Assembly (NCBI RefSeq): GCF_001194135.2 | Contig: NC_068989.1 | Coordinates: 75,762,918-75,806,474, forward strand | Length of the DNA: 43,557 nucleotides | Origin: Octopus bimaculoides | Taxonomy: Eukaryota | Direction of reading: 5' to 3' | Part shown: positions 24,945 through 39,000 of the stretch, piece after piece | Layout of the letters: the number at the start of each line of letters is the position of its first letter | Position numbering within the stretch: the stretch's first letter is position 1 | The notes under the pieces: model-generated | The model's database searches: none | Told to the model about the DNA's origin: nothing | The model's input: the letters and a program-made list of their open reading frames with translations, nothing else | Made by a program: the position numbers and the translations under genes

Positions 24945-27900
24945 ATGCATATGCGCACACATATATTTACGTGTGTGCGCGCGTCATTATATCTTCTTTC
25001 CTCCTTGCTCATTCCTATCACACTAGCCTATACATTCACATACGTCTATTTATAGAAATTTGACATTTTTGTATTCTTCCCTCCACTTTAAATTTTACTA
25101 CTAAAACCTACCCATCCCTTAATGCAGCTCTATCACATCACCCCTACTCACGTATCTCACACTTATTCACTCCCTACCTTCTCATCTCTTCTTATCCCTC
25201 CCCCACGCCTCTCCAGTCTCCTCTCACATTATCTTGACCACCAACTAACATTCCTTTTCTAATTTCTTTCATCCTTTACGCTCTCTTTTTTTTTTATCAC
25301 TTTTCACTTTTTGCCCTCTTTTTATTTTCTTCTCTTTTTCTCTCTCTTTCTTCCTCTCATTTTCTCTTCTTTTTGAACTATCTCCTCATTCTAATCATAC
25401 ACATCTTTCCCCACTCCATCTATCCACAAATACTACCGATACATTCTCAAATGTTCATCCACACCGCAAAACCCTTTTGAATGAACAACACAGAAGCCAC
25501 GGTTCCAGTCCTTGAAATGACTAAACATGAACTACAGTTGGAACTTACATACCATATATAGGAAACTTTTTTTACCACTTCTATACACCACTTTCCTTGA
25601 ATAATGGAACTGCAACTACAATATCTTTATAGATTTTATATTTTATTTCTACTTTCATTCTCTTATTTCCTTCTATATTCCCTACTCCCTCTTTTTCCAT
25701 AATAATTCCTTACTTCAAACTCAAATGTTTACCCCTATTTAACCATCTCACATCATCTCTGATGAAGGGATATCCATAATATTCCCCAAAACAGGTGTAA
25801 GACTATCTATATCTTTTTCCTCTAAATGTCCTGAAAACTCCTCACAGCCTTGGCTTNNNNNNNNNNNNNNNNNNNNNNNNNNNNNNNNNNNNNNNNNNNN
25901 NNNNNNNNNNNNNNNNNNNNNNNNNNNNNNNNNNNNNNNNNNNNNNNNNNNNNNNNNNNNNNNNNNNNNNNNNNNNNNNNNNNNNNNNNNNNNNNNNNNN
26001 NNNNNNNNNNNNNNNNNNNNNNNNNNNNNNNNNNNNNNNNNNNNNNNNNNNNNNNNNNNNNNNNNNNNNNNNNNNNNNNNNNNNNNNNNNNNNNNNNNNN
26101 NNNNNNNNNNNNNNNNNNNNNNNNNNNNNNNNNNNNNNNNNNNNNNNNNNNNNNNNNNNNNNNNNNNNNNNNNNNNNNNNNNNNNNNNNNNNNNNNNNNN
26201 NNNNNNNNNNNNNNNNNNNNNNNNNNNNNNNNNNNNNNNNNNNNNNNNNNNTGACCGTGTAACTTTTGTTTTTGCCGCCGTCAGTAATTTCTATAGACTC
26301 TTCATTGAAAATTAAGTATTTTGAATCGCTGCTATTTTCAATGACGACCAGTTTGTTTTTAGTACAAGAGATTTCGAAAGGGATGTAATCTGGAAAAATT
26401 CAAAGCAAAGCATAAATGGAAGAAATTTTATACATACATGAATTATTAAATATTCATACGTTAGTTTTTCTTTTCATTTCCGATAACGAATCTAATGGAT
26501 ATCTTTTATCTTTTACTCGTTTTTGTCATCAGACTGCAGCCATGCTAGGGCACCGCCTTGATGAACTATTAGTCGAATGAATCGACCGCAGTACTTGAAT
26601 TTTTTTTCTAAACCCGATATTTATTCTATCGGTCTCTTTTTGCTGAGCCGCTAGACAACGAGGACATAAACAGACCAAGACCGGTTGTCAAGTGGTGGTG
26701 GGATACAATCACAGACGCAAAGGCGTGTGCGCGCACACACACGCGCGCGCGACGGACTTCTTTCAGTTTCCGCCTACCAAATCCAATCACAAGGTTTCCG
26801 TCGGCCTGAAGTTTTAATAGAAACTCTGCCCAAGATGCCACGTGGTGGGACTGAACCCAGAAACATGATTTTAGGGAGAATCGTCTGACTACATAGCCAC
26901 TTCTACGTCTTTAAAGTTAAGGTCTCACTGATATATGAAAAATTGTACATTAAAATATATTTCATACTGTTATCTGCTCAGCTGAAAATGAATACCTGCA
27001 GCATCTTGAATGGGTAGTTAATTCTGTGATAGCTTGGCGTTCCATTCACAGGTGAGTAGTCTTGTGTTCTTGAGTAGCTTAAATGCCATAGAAATAAGTC
27101 TAACATCAAGCTCAATGAGCTTATCGGCTCCGTACAGACTGAGGTTTAATCAAAACAGAAAAAAAATGACAGCTACAAAAATGACGCCATATTCAACAAC
27201 GCCCACTCTTATGCAGACCCTTAATTCCTCCTTAGCGTTCCTAGACCATGCATCATACACACGCTACCTACGCACCACACACTAGACCTGCATTGACTTA
27301 TAAATAAAAACCTTGACAACGTATTCTAGTTGGCCATGTCAATCTTGTCTCTTTTAGCAGCAAAAATCTTAAGCACTCCTTGTATCAAGAACCTTTCCTC
27401 TAAATATACGTACCACTCAGTTACATCTCTCGCAGTCACTCCAAATATTGCATCTCACCATTACCGAGAATTTCTCTGTATGAAAGCACAACCTTAGCAT
27501 AGCTGGGACTGCATCTCAAAGACTGTCACAAAAGATATTTCAGCTCTCAACAGCTGCTGACATTCTACAAGGTAAAGTGAGACCCACAATGGAATATTGT
27601 TCCAGCATTTGGGACGATACTGTTACAATGTAATTAGACAGTCATGACCGCAAAAAAAAGAGACACTCGACAAATTGTTATATGTGACACACTCCTAACT
27701 CTGACCCTCATATATACTGTCTTCTCTTTCTATATTTTCCTTCACGATTCAATTAATCTCTGCTACTCAAAGATAGACACCTCCACTGCTCACGCAACAT
27801 TGACTCACTCACACTCCATCTCTTGTCAAACTTTTAGTGCCCAATCTCTCGGACACTAATTGCCTTTTACAGTCCATTTGGAATCTCCTACCTGACAACG

Positions 27901-28870
27901 TGTTCCCCTTAGGTGTTGAGCTACAACAGTTTAAAAGGTACATTAACTGCATCGACTTCACGTTCTAAAAAACTCACGGTATTATCTCTTTTACCAGACC
28001 CAGTAAGTAAAAAATTGCAATGAAAATATTGGTTTCAAATTTTGGCACAAAGCCAGCAATTTCGTGGGTGGGGGAGTGAGGACAAATTGAACATATCAGC
28101 CCCAGTGTTCAACTGGTACTTATTTTATCGACCCCCAAAAGAACGAAAGGCAATGTCGACCTCGGCAGGATTTGAACTCGGAATGTAAATTCGGAAGGAA
28201 TGCTATTAAGCATTTTCTTCGGTGAGGTTACGATTCTGCCAGCTCGCTGCATTCACATGCAAGGAAAATATTGCTTTTAAAATTTGGTACAAGGCCGGCA
28301 CCTAGTGATAATTTTATCAACTCCAAAAGGGATGAAAAACAAAGTCAACCTTGACGAAATAAATGCAATGGAAATATTAACAACAAAATCACCAGTAGTT
28401 GTAAATATATTATTGGTAAATGAATTTCAATATTTTCTTAAATATTCTTTATTCCCATTTTCCTCAGGCCGTCCTTGGACGGTTCCACCAATAAATGACA
28501 GACTTCTATTAGAAGAGATTGCCGTCCCTTTCGCTCATTTCTACTTCTGGAGAAAGTGATGATCTGAGTAACCCCTACGACCTTATTGAGGACGCAACGT
28601 AGGTGATTCTGAGAGACGAAGAGAAAGAAGAGAGAAACATCAATTCTAATATAAGGCTGGTATTTTATATTGAGCCCGGAATGGTGAATTAAAAGGAAAA
28701 ATTGATTTCAGCATAAACCAAGAGCGCAGAAAGCCAGTGTACGTACCAAAAGGGATTTTTATTCGGCACTCTAATGCCTCTCCGAACCAAATCCACCACA
28801 TAAAAACAACAAAGACAAAAGCATAAAAAAGGAACAGAAAAGCGTACCCCACCGCAAATATTAAACGCTA

Positions 28871-28969
<99 letters not shown>

Positions 28970-30242
28970 ATTTTTGATTTAGGTACAAGGCCTGCAGTTT
29001 TGAAGGAAAGTGTTAGTAGATTACATAGACTCAAGTACTTGGCAGGTGCTTTATTTTATCGACCCCCGAAAGTTTAAAGACAAAGGTGATTTCGGCGGGA
29101 TTTGAAGAAATAACGGATATCCACAAATCATTCTTTGGTGACGCTCTAACGATTCTCACAATCTACAAATGTAATAAGAAATGGCTTGTTCCTACCTTCG
29201 ACGATAACAGAAGTTGAGCATGTCTCATTGTTTCCAGCATCATCAGTTGCTGTGTATTCTACTGTGAAGTTATTGTTGATGACAAAATTTTGGCTGATGT
29301 AGTCTGGCTGAACTGTGATGCGAACTTTGCCAGAGTTATCTGTGAATTCGGGCTGTGTCAGATTGAACAAACTGTACAGTTTGACAGTTACTGAGTCAGT
29401 ACACGTACCAGCAACCAAAATTGGCTTTTTAACATCTAAAAATAATATAAAATATCTGATTATATAATATATTCTCAATAAATGCATTTACAAACACAGA
29501 AACATATGTAATACACTTATACCAGTCAGAGAAGGAATCTCGACGCCGTTGTTCGACCTTCCAGAAATAGCAGTTAAATCTTCATCCAAATCCTTCCTAT
29601 TATCTAATGGAACAAATGCTAGGATCACGGCTGACCTGGGACAACAAAACAATAACAACGATAACGACGACAACGATAAAAACATCAGATATATGCTTTT
29701 ATTTTTCTCTCTGACTGGCTTCAGTCCAGGGTTCAGTCCCACTACTTGCTACCATGTATGTATACAATTATATGTGCGTTGACAGCAGCAGCAGAACCCT
29801 TTAGCCCTTATTTTTAACAGTGTAGGTGTTCTAACACCCTCAGTTATATCCAATGACATTTATTGTTTTCCTTTTTTGTGAAATTCTGCTAACTATCTGC
29901 CTTATTTAATTACTGGTACATACATTAGCGCTTTGCTAAATCATCCATAAATTTCTATAGAGTAATCATGTATGCTCATTGCAAGGCTGTCTGGTAACTG
30001 GTGAACTGTACCGACTTCTGACGATGCTTCAGCCTAAATCTGAAACCGTACGGTAAAGGGATATCATAGTCGTCAATTTTCGGCCATCTACGGTCGCTGT
30101 CGGCATGTATGTATACAATTATATATGCGTTGACAGCAACAATACAGCCCTTTAGCTCTTATTTCTAGCAGTGTAGGTGTTATGAGAACGGAACCAAGGG
30201 ACAAACCTCCTCTTTCTCAGGAATTACCGGGTCCGTCAGCTA

Positions 30243-30286
<44 letters not shown>

Positions 30287-31076
30287 TAGAATTAGCACAG
30301 CTACGCATTGAAGACGAATAAGTGTTCAAAGTTTTAAATAACTGAGACTACAAAACAATGCAGAAATAAGATGAAAGCGTGTCAGTCTTGTATGTATATA
30401 CTTACCAAGACATTTTGGGATTTCTCCTGACCATATCAGTCCGTTTTTGCTGTTATTTGCCACACAAGTTCGAATGGAGTTTGGAAATGGCTGATAGCCA
30501 TCTTCATTGCATTTGTATGATGCATTACCTCCTAGGGCATAGGTGTTCACCGTGACATCTCCATTTACTGGGAAAAAGGGATCCTCACACATCACTCCTG
30601 AAATAATATAAGGGTCTTTTTAGTTTAGCGAGGAAAATAATCCATGAAAATTTTATAGAAAAACAAAGATATTATTAACATGAAACGGATTGAATCTCAT
30701 GTATTAATTTTAGAGTTAGAATCACCATCTTGTGTATAAAGTATACAATCAATCAGTCCATACGTCTGTCGTCCGTCCGTATACCTGTCTGTCTGTCTGT
30801 ATGTATGTATGTATGTATGTGTGAGTGTTACTTTTAGAAGCTCTGAAGCTATAAGGTGATGCGCAAGCATTCACCTCTGAATGCACTGCATTTTATAGCA
30901 GAAACAGCTGTAAGCTAACGCAGTTGATTGCGCAATTCATGTTCCCTTGTCATTTCTTTAATCTCATATTACCTCTCTGTACTCGACTGATGCTTCATTC
31001 TGAAGTATATGTACATCGCGTTTTAACACCAGGTTATTAATATCGCCTCGACTAAGTGAAATCTTAAAATACATGT

Positions 31077-31121
<45 letters not shown>

Positions 31122-31530
31122 NNNNNNNNNNNNNNNNNNNNNNNNNNNNNNNNNNNNNNNNNNNNNNNNNNNNNNNNNNNNNNNNNNNNNNNNNNNNNNN
31201 NNNNNNNNNNNNNNNNNNNNNNNNNNNNNNNNNNNNNNNNNNNNNNNNNNNNNNNNNNNNNNNNNNNNNNNNNNNNNNNNNNNNNNNNNNNNNNNNNNNN
31301 NNNNNNNNNNNNNNNNNNNNNNNNNNNNNNNNNNNNNNNNNNNNNNNNNNNNNNNNNNNNNNNNNNNNNNNNNNNNNNNNNNNNNNNNNNNNNNNNNNNN
31401 NNNNNNNTAAATATCATAAGATCAAGATAATATGATATTTTGTATTTATTGTGCTTTTAATTATTAATTTTTCTATATGTGACAGTGAATTTTCATCGAT
31501 GAGTTCATGAACCTTGGTTCTTTTCCCTAA

Positions 31531-31575
<45 letters not shown>

Positions 31576-34500
31576 AACATATATAAATGTATTCATGTAT
31601 ATGTGTATAGGTATGTGTGCGCATGTGTATATATAATGCATACATATACATACATACTGAAATAGACACACACACGTGTACGTCTGCGTGTAAATGACAC
31701 ATAACAGTAAATTAATTAAGTGAATAGGATATTAGTCCACTAGCTTAACGGTGCTGCGTTCAAATCACTGCTAGGTTTTTAATGTGGTATATAAGTAAAA
31801 TATTAATCCAACAGATCTCATGGATCTGTTACTTTTTATTCATGTTTTACTTGTTTCGGTCATTAGGCTGCGACCCTGTTGGGGCACCGCCTTGAAGAAT
31901 TTTTAGTCAAATGTATCGCCCCCAGTACTTACATTTTTTTAAACCTAGTACTTATTCTACCGGTTTCTTTTATCGAACCGTGAAGCTACGGGGACGTAAA
32001 CATACTCGCACCGGTTGTTAAGTGGGGATAGAGGGGACAAACACAGGCATAAAGACACACACACACATATACATACACACTCACACACTCGTATATACGA
32101 CGGGCTTCTTTCAGTTTCCGCCTACCAAATTCACCCACAAGGCTTTGGTCGAACCGAGGTGATAGAAGACACCTGCACAAGGTGTCATGCAGTGAGACTG
32201 AATCCCGAACCCCCAACCATGTGGTTGAGAAGCAAGCTTCTTACCACAAAGCCACACCTGTGCCTAAAATTGCTTTCATTGGATTCAACAGAAATGGATA
32301 TGAAAGGCCCATAATATTTCTCAGGGTCTATAAAACAAGAAGAGCGCAGTTATCTTCATACCAGACGCCTGAGCAAATACTTGCAACAAAGTAAATGCTG
32401 TTAAATGCAGCATTGAACCAAACGATGGCATGGAACCTAGCGACGAAGTATGACTAACGTCTAAGAAAAGTGATAGTCACTTCGATGGACTCCCACACAA
32501 TTTCGATCAACCAATTCGAATCCTCGTTGTTTTAACCACGCAGTTATAATTCACACTAAATTCACACTAAACGGGTGTTATGTCTAGGAGTAGAGCTACC
32601 TCCCATGTGCTTCCAAGCATAGAGCTAGTTTTAGCAATGCCTTTCAAATACATGTTGGAGTTTAGGAAATATTTATACATTTTATTTTACATAGCTGCAC
32701 GCATAGAGTTCCGTGTACACTGATGTAGCATTTAACATAGAAATGGATTAATTTGGATTTCACATACACCAGGAGACAGCATAAAAACATTCATTGGTTA
32801 ATGTTTTGAATCAGAAACATGAAACTTTGTGTGATGAGCTGTGCGATAGGCAAACATTTCTCAACTTAATAATAATCTGACCAGTTACAATATTAGATTT
32901 AATGACGCTGACTGCTCCACCATCGATAGAAATTACGAAAGCTGATTGGTTAATGTTTTAATGATGATTCACTGATGTTGCTGATGTCACCACCGGTTGA
33001 AACCAATAGTAGAAGTGGATTGGCCAATGTTATAATGATTTAAAGATACTGTTTGATATCATAATCGATAGAAACGTCCGATGATAGCAGATTAACACTA
33101 TATTAATGATGATTAGCGCTATATTAACGACGATTTAATGAGCTGTTGATTCTGGATGACGTCATAATTGATAGAGACTAATGGAGAATGTGGATTGGCT
33201 CGCCAGTGTTTTAATGATGATGAAAGGATCAAATGATGCGGTTGATGTTACTAGGGGAAAACCAATGTCAAACCAGATTGGCTAATATTAGGGGCACAAT
33301 ATCCCGTACGTTGTAGACTAGTGTTTATAGACGTGGAAGAGAATATAGAATATGCAAATAAGATGATGTGTGATATGCGATCATTTTAGAAGCACAAACA
33401 ACTTATCAGTCTGTGAAGTGCTGATAGTAAATGACATTTCTTACCTAGACATCGTAGGTCACCATAATCCCACTTGCCATCTGATTCACAACGCACGATG
33501 TTGTTACCTTGGCTGCTGTTTCCTTTTAGAGTGTACATATCGCTACACGCCATTTCAAACTCGGACCCATAAGTGGTATCCTTGAGGGTAGTGATGTTGG
33601 AACCACCAATAGGCATTGGTGGACCGCAGTCGATAACTATGGAAGAAACAAGTCAGGCACAGATAAACATATAATTATTGAATTGTCCAATGTTGAAAGT
33701 GGTTTTGTTCAAAGTACAAAAGTGATTGTATTTAGTAAATAGCTACATTAAAAGTGTGGTAATATTTGGTATGTAGGTACATTTAGACAAACGGATCCTA
33801 AAGTATAAACAACTACGTACCACAGACAAAATCACAACATTCAGTGAATTACGATGCTTACGTATTGAATAAAGAGTTGCATGTAGACAGGTGACTTTGA
33901 AGTAAATACCACATATAAAGAGATGTAAAAGTAAAGTTCCCTCCCGAGTCATATAGACTCATAGAGCCGGTTTCCCGGGTTTCCATGGCGTATATATTCC
34001 CCACCTGGACGGGATGCCAGTCCGTCACAGGATTACTCATTTTTGCCAGCTGAGTGGACTGGAGCAACGTGAAATGAAGTGTTTTGCCCAAGAACACAGC
34101 GTGTCGCCCGGACCAGGGATCGAAACCAGAATCTTACGATTATGAGTTCAACACCGCAACCACTAAGCCACGCGCCTCTACTATAAACATGATCACATTG
34201 AAATTATGCCAAATGTCAGCAGATGGTCACATTTAATAAAAAAAGCCAAATGTAAACAGATAGTCATACTGAAATAAATGCTACATGTAGAAATGTAACC
34301 AAGATCAATAAAGTGTTGCATGTAAAACAGCTGGATACATTCAGTAAAGATTCACATGTTCAATGATGAACAACATGTAGATGAATTACCGGTGAAGTAA
34401 AGGATGTAGTTAGGTGGCCTCATTCGTTCAAGAGACACAAGGAAATGGTAGGTGTCTATTTATAAAAGAGAATTACATGGGGACAATTGGTCATATTAAT

Positions 34501-35991
34501 CATATTAAGTGAACAACTACGTGTTCAGTGAATAGTGAGAGACTAAGAAAGCATCTATGTCATCGTTCGGCTCACAAGAAATAGAAGCTATATTCCCTTA
34601 TAATAACACCTTACTCTATTATACAAGGAAAAGGGACATTCGATAGTATAGGCCTACAGGCTCTTCTAAAAATACATAATACTCATGGACAGAATGCTTT
34701 GTTCAAACGTCTATCTGACGTTGGTTTCAAATTTTAGCACAAGGCCAGCAAGTTCGGGTGAGAGACTAAGTCGATTACATCGACACCAGTGTTCAACTGA
34801 TACTTATTTTATCGACCTAGAAAGGATGAAAGGCAAAGTCAACCCCGGCAGAATTTGAACTCAGAATATTATGGCGTACGAAAACAGCTTAACGCTTTGC
34901 CAGGCACCGTAACGTTCTGGCAGCTCACCGACTTATAAAAAGCGTCTATTTGATATCGATCTGTGATAACCAAATGCAACAACTCACCTTTAGAGAGATG
35001 ACCTCGTTTAATTAATATTCTTATGTAGTGTTGGGTTGTGAATTTCAAAGAATTTAGACGAAATATTTCTGTTCTGAATTATTGTATTATAATTATATTT
35101 GATTTTTGAACCGAATGGTCTTAGTTAATCTGCTGTGATCCCAAATGATGACTCTTACGATTGAGTATCTCAGCTTGAATGTGTACTGCAGACAGCGAAG
35201 TGATGTTAGTGTTCCAAACCTTCTTTCTATCATATCTTACCACATTATATGAACATGTTGAGGTTTATCGATGAGAGATTTTTCTTTATAGCATTGCAAA
35301 TTAAGAGCAGTTACTTTGATTATACAATATTCTCCAATATATTCTACATTTACTTATAGAGTCATTTTACGGCTTGGTTGAATGTCTATTTGATTTTGAT
35401 CTGTGATAGCTAAATGCAACAACTCACGTTTAGAGAAATGACCTCGTTTAGTTAATATTCTTAAGTAGAGTTGGGTAGTTAATTTCGAAGAGTTTAGATG
35501 AAATATTTCTGTTCTGAATGATTGTATTATAATTATATTTGAATTTAAGGGATTTGACAATGTCACATTTCTTTGCATGTAATAGAACAACTCTTTTTGC
35601 ATATATTAATGATGATTTCAAAATATTTTATGAATTAGGATGATGAAAAGCGATAAGATAATACATTTAATACTAACATCCACATTCATATGAATCTCCA
35701 AGTAACTTCGTTGTTTTTGTAGCTGGATCATATAAGCATTGGCGTTGTCGATATTCAGTGCCTTTACCAAGAATTGTACAAGAGAAGTTCAGATAACCGA
35801 GGTAGGGAATGCTCTCATTCGTCAATAGAGTCGGTTTGTTCACAAAAGTATGTAGCAGGTCAAGTTGGCATTTCATTTCTGTAATGTAATCAAAGATATA
35901 TCGCAATAATTAAAGATGAAGTGAAAAATCACAAAATTTTGGTATCAGTGCTAGATTATTGACTTTCAACTCTGAGATCAAATCTTGCTCT

Positions 35992-36087
<96 letters not shown>

Positions 36088-39000
36088 ATACGCATACATA
36101 TGCATATTCATATGCGTATGCAGTTGTAGTAGTAGTAGCAGTAGTAGTTTATATGTACACATGCATACTTGTATCCACATACATGCAATCCTATATCCCT
36201 GCACACGTATACAATTCATGTATCCCTCCCCCACAAATCCACACACAGACACACACATACACACACACACATACAGACACACATACAGACACACATACAG
36301 ACACACATACAGACACACACTTTCACTCACACACATACAGACACAGACATACATACAAACGCGCGCAAAAACACATGTATGTGTGAGTATGCATTTTTGG
36401 CTATAACTCTACATGCCGCAGATTGCTTGATTGACGACAGGCTCCATCGCTTTTATTTCTTAAGAGGAGAAGGCATTAAACTTCTCAATCAAATACTTTA
36501 GAAAATTATGTTTTCATTTCATCATAATTCAAAACCTAATATGAATGGAAGTGATAACCTTGTAACAAACTGGGGGTTCTTTCAATTCCCTTACTAACTC
36601 CATTTTTGACATTTTTACATCTTAATGATAAAATTTCAACCAAATTGTTACTTAAATGAAAAAAAAAAAATAAAGTAAAACAATGAAACAAGAGTTTGGA
36701 AATGTTACACTACATACCTTCACATCTTGGTTGAGTCTGTGACCAACTACCATTATACTGGCACACAGAAGTCTTTTCTCCAACAAGCTGATAACCTATC
36801 TTACACGAATAATGAAAGATGTCTCCATAACGGCTGATCTTCCTTTGAGGTTGTATGAAACCATTTACAAGTGGAAGAAGATTCGAACACATGACCCCTG
36901 GTTGTTGTATTACATGAAATAGATAAAATGGAGTAGTTAATGAAGCAGATTACAAAATTCCTTTCATTATGTTTGGACATAATTTATATTAATTAATTGA
37001 TTGCTACGAATGAATATATTTAATTACATGCAACGAAATGTGTTGAAGAAAAGGAGTAGAATTAACTGTATCTACTTCAGTGTTTCACAGATAATTAGTT
37101 CAGTGACATAAATGTCTATACTGAATCTACCTTGGTTCGAATTCTGAGCTGACAAAGCAAAGTACGTACGATGCACTTACTATCAGCTATTTTATTATTT
37201 GTCTGGCTTTTTCTCAAACAAAATATTGTCTCCGTGTCATCTGAAGGCCGGAGAAATTGACGTGGTTAATGTTCTTCTTGAATATGATATGAAGGTTTGA
37301 AATAAATATTTTTGAGCAATGCAGGTTAGAAGTCAATAAATGAAAACAATGGCAAAAGATATTCGATTACCTTGTATTACCTCACAACTCACAATAATTG
37401 CCTGCCGGTGTTGCAATACATTTTTCAGAACTCTTTTATTATTTTCTTTTTTCTATTTGAAATGGGGAGCCTTTCCCGAAACATTATAAGATCATTAAAC
37501 AACCTGTGTAAGATAATGCAATGCATTTTCTTTTTGTTTTCCTCGATTGACATCATCTTACATACTTTGCGTATCTTCTCACCTGCATTGCTCAAAGGTT
37601 TTTTACGAACAGTTATATCATTCACACATTGCAATGCTTCAAGCAAATTACAATATTCTTCTATCTCCTTGAATACCTTATCAATCTATTATAGTAACCA
37701 TCTTGACGGCGGCTATTATTGATGCTCCACCTTGGCACAGAGCAACACATTTTAAAGGTAGGTGTGGTAGTTGATTAAATCTACCGCAGTATTTATCAGC
37801 TACATATTTTATTGACCATTGACCTTAGAGGGAGGAAAGCAGCTTGGGATCTAGAATATTTTGAGCTCATAAGATTAAAAGAGATATAATTAAATACCAC
37901 GAGATCTCTAATTAAGCACTCCCCCATATCTACCGTCTATTACATCTCCACTGACATTAATATTCCTTTGTAACATAAGCATGAAGTCACACATTTTACG
38001 GTAGAAGAACTGTCGACTAAATCAACTTCAGTTTGACTGGTATATTATTTTATCAAAACCCGCGAGAATAAAAAAAAAAGGAGACGACCATGGCGGGATT
38101 TGAACACTGTACGTGAAGCGTTGTAACTATGTACCGCAAAGTATTTTGCAAGATTTTATAGCAAAACTGATAATCTATCACAATGACACTGCTATTTACA
38201 TTAGTTTCTGATTTTGGCTCAAGGCCACCAATTTCAAGGGAGTGGGTAAGTCAATTAGATCGATCCAGTAGGTAACTGGTACTTAATTTATCGACCCGAA
38301 AGGATAAAAGGAAAAGTTGACCTCGGTGGAATTTGAACCCAGAACGTAGAGAGGGTCGAAATGGCGCTAAGCATTTCCCTCGGCATGCTAACGATTCTGC
38401 CAGCTCGCCGCCCTAACACTGTTATTTATATTAATGATGGTAACCATGATGTCTTACATAGCCACAAATCAAGGGAGGTGATGTGATGGGTTGATATCTA
38501 GTGTATGACTGGTACTTTTTTTCGTCTAGTGATCCCTGGTTTTGAATAAAGAAGTTAAATGTAATCATTTAAGGGATCTTTACCCTTTGAATGTCACATC
38601 GAGAAATTAATTTTTTGTAACTAAACGACATATACACTAAACGAAATATACACCGCCGATAGTTGTTGTTGATAACCAACGGCAGTAATTTTATTCAGCT
38701 GAATACACATCATTGATTGGTTGAAATTACCGAAATACGACAATTTTAACACGAAATAACTTTGAAAATATAAACTTTTCTCAACAGCACTAAGAGTAAA
38801 AGATGTTTTATATGACACATTCTACCAGTGTCCGAAGTTTGAAAGTGTTTAGTTACAAAAAATTAATTTCTCGATGTGCCGTTCAAAGGGAAAAGATCCC
38901 ATTTAAGTGTAATATTGACAGACGGACTCCTAAAGCAAAACGAAATATGTTTCACTATTCCCACACATGGTTTAACAGAGAAAAAATAATGCAAAATGTA

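Noticed and set aside
28556-28612. C/D-box-like GTGATGA...CTGA
   Set aside because: Short, no terminal stem, no identifiable guide, and antisense to the host gene.
29488-29742. Exon-like minus ORF between exons 6 and 7
   Set aside because: Entry would be phase 2 and the donor is weak; the sequence resembles a decayed repeat also seen near 20050 and 34575.
37425-37690. Open minus frame ([19 protein letters not shown]...) with AG and GT sites
   Set aside because: Phase 0-to-1 is incompatible with the flanking phase-1 exons and no domain is recognisable.
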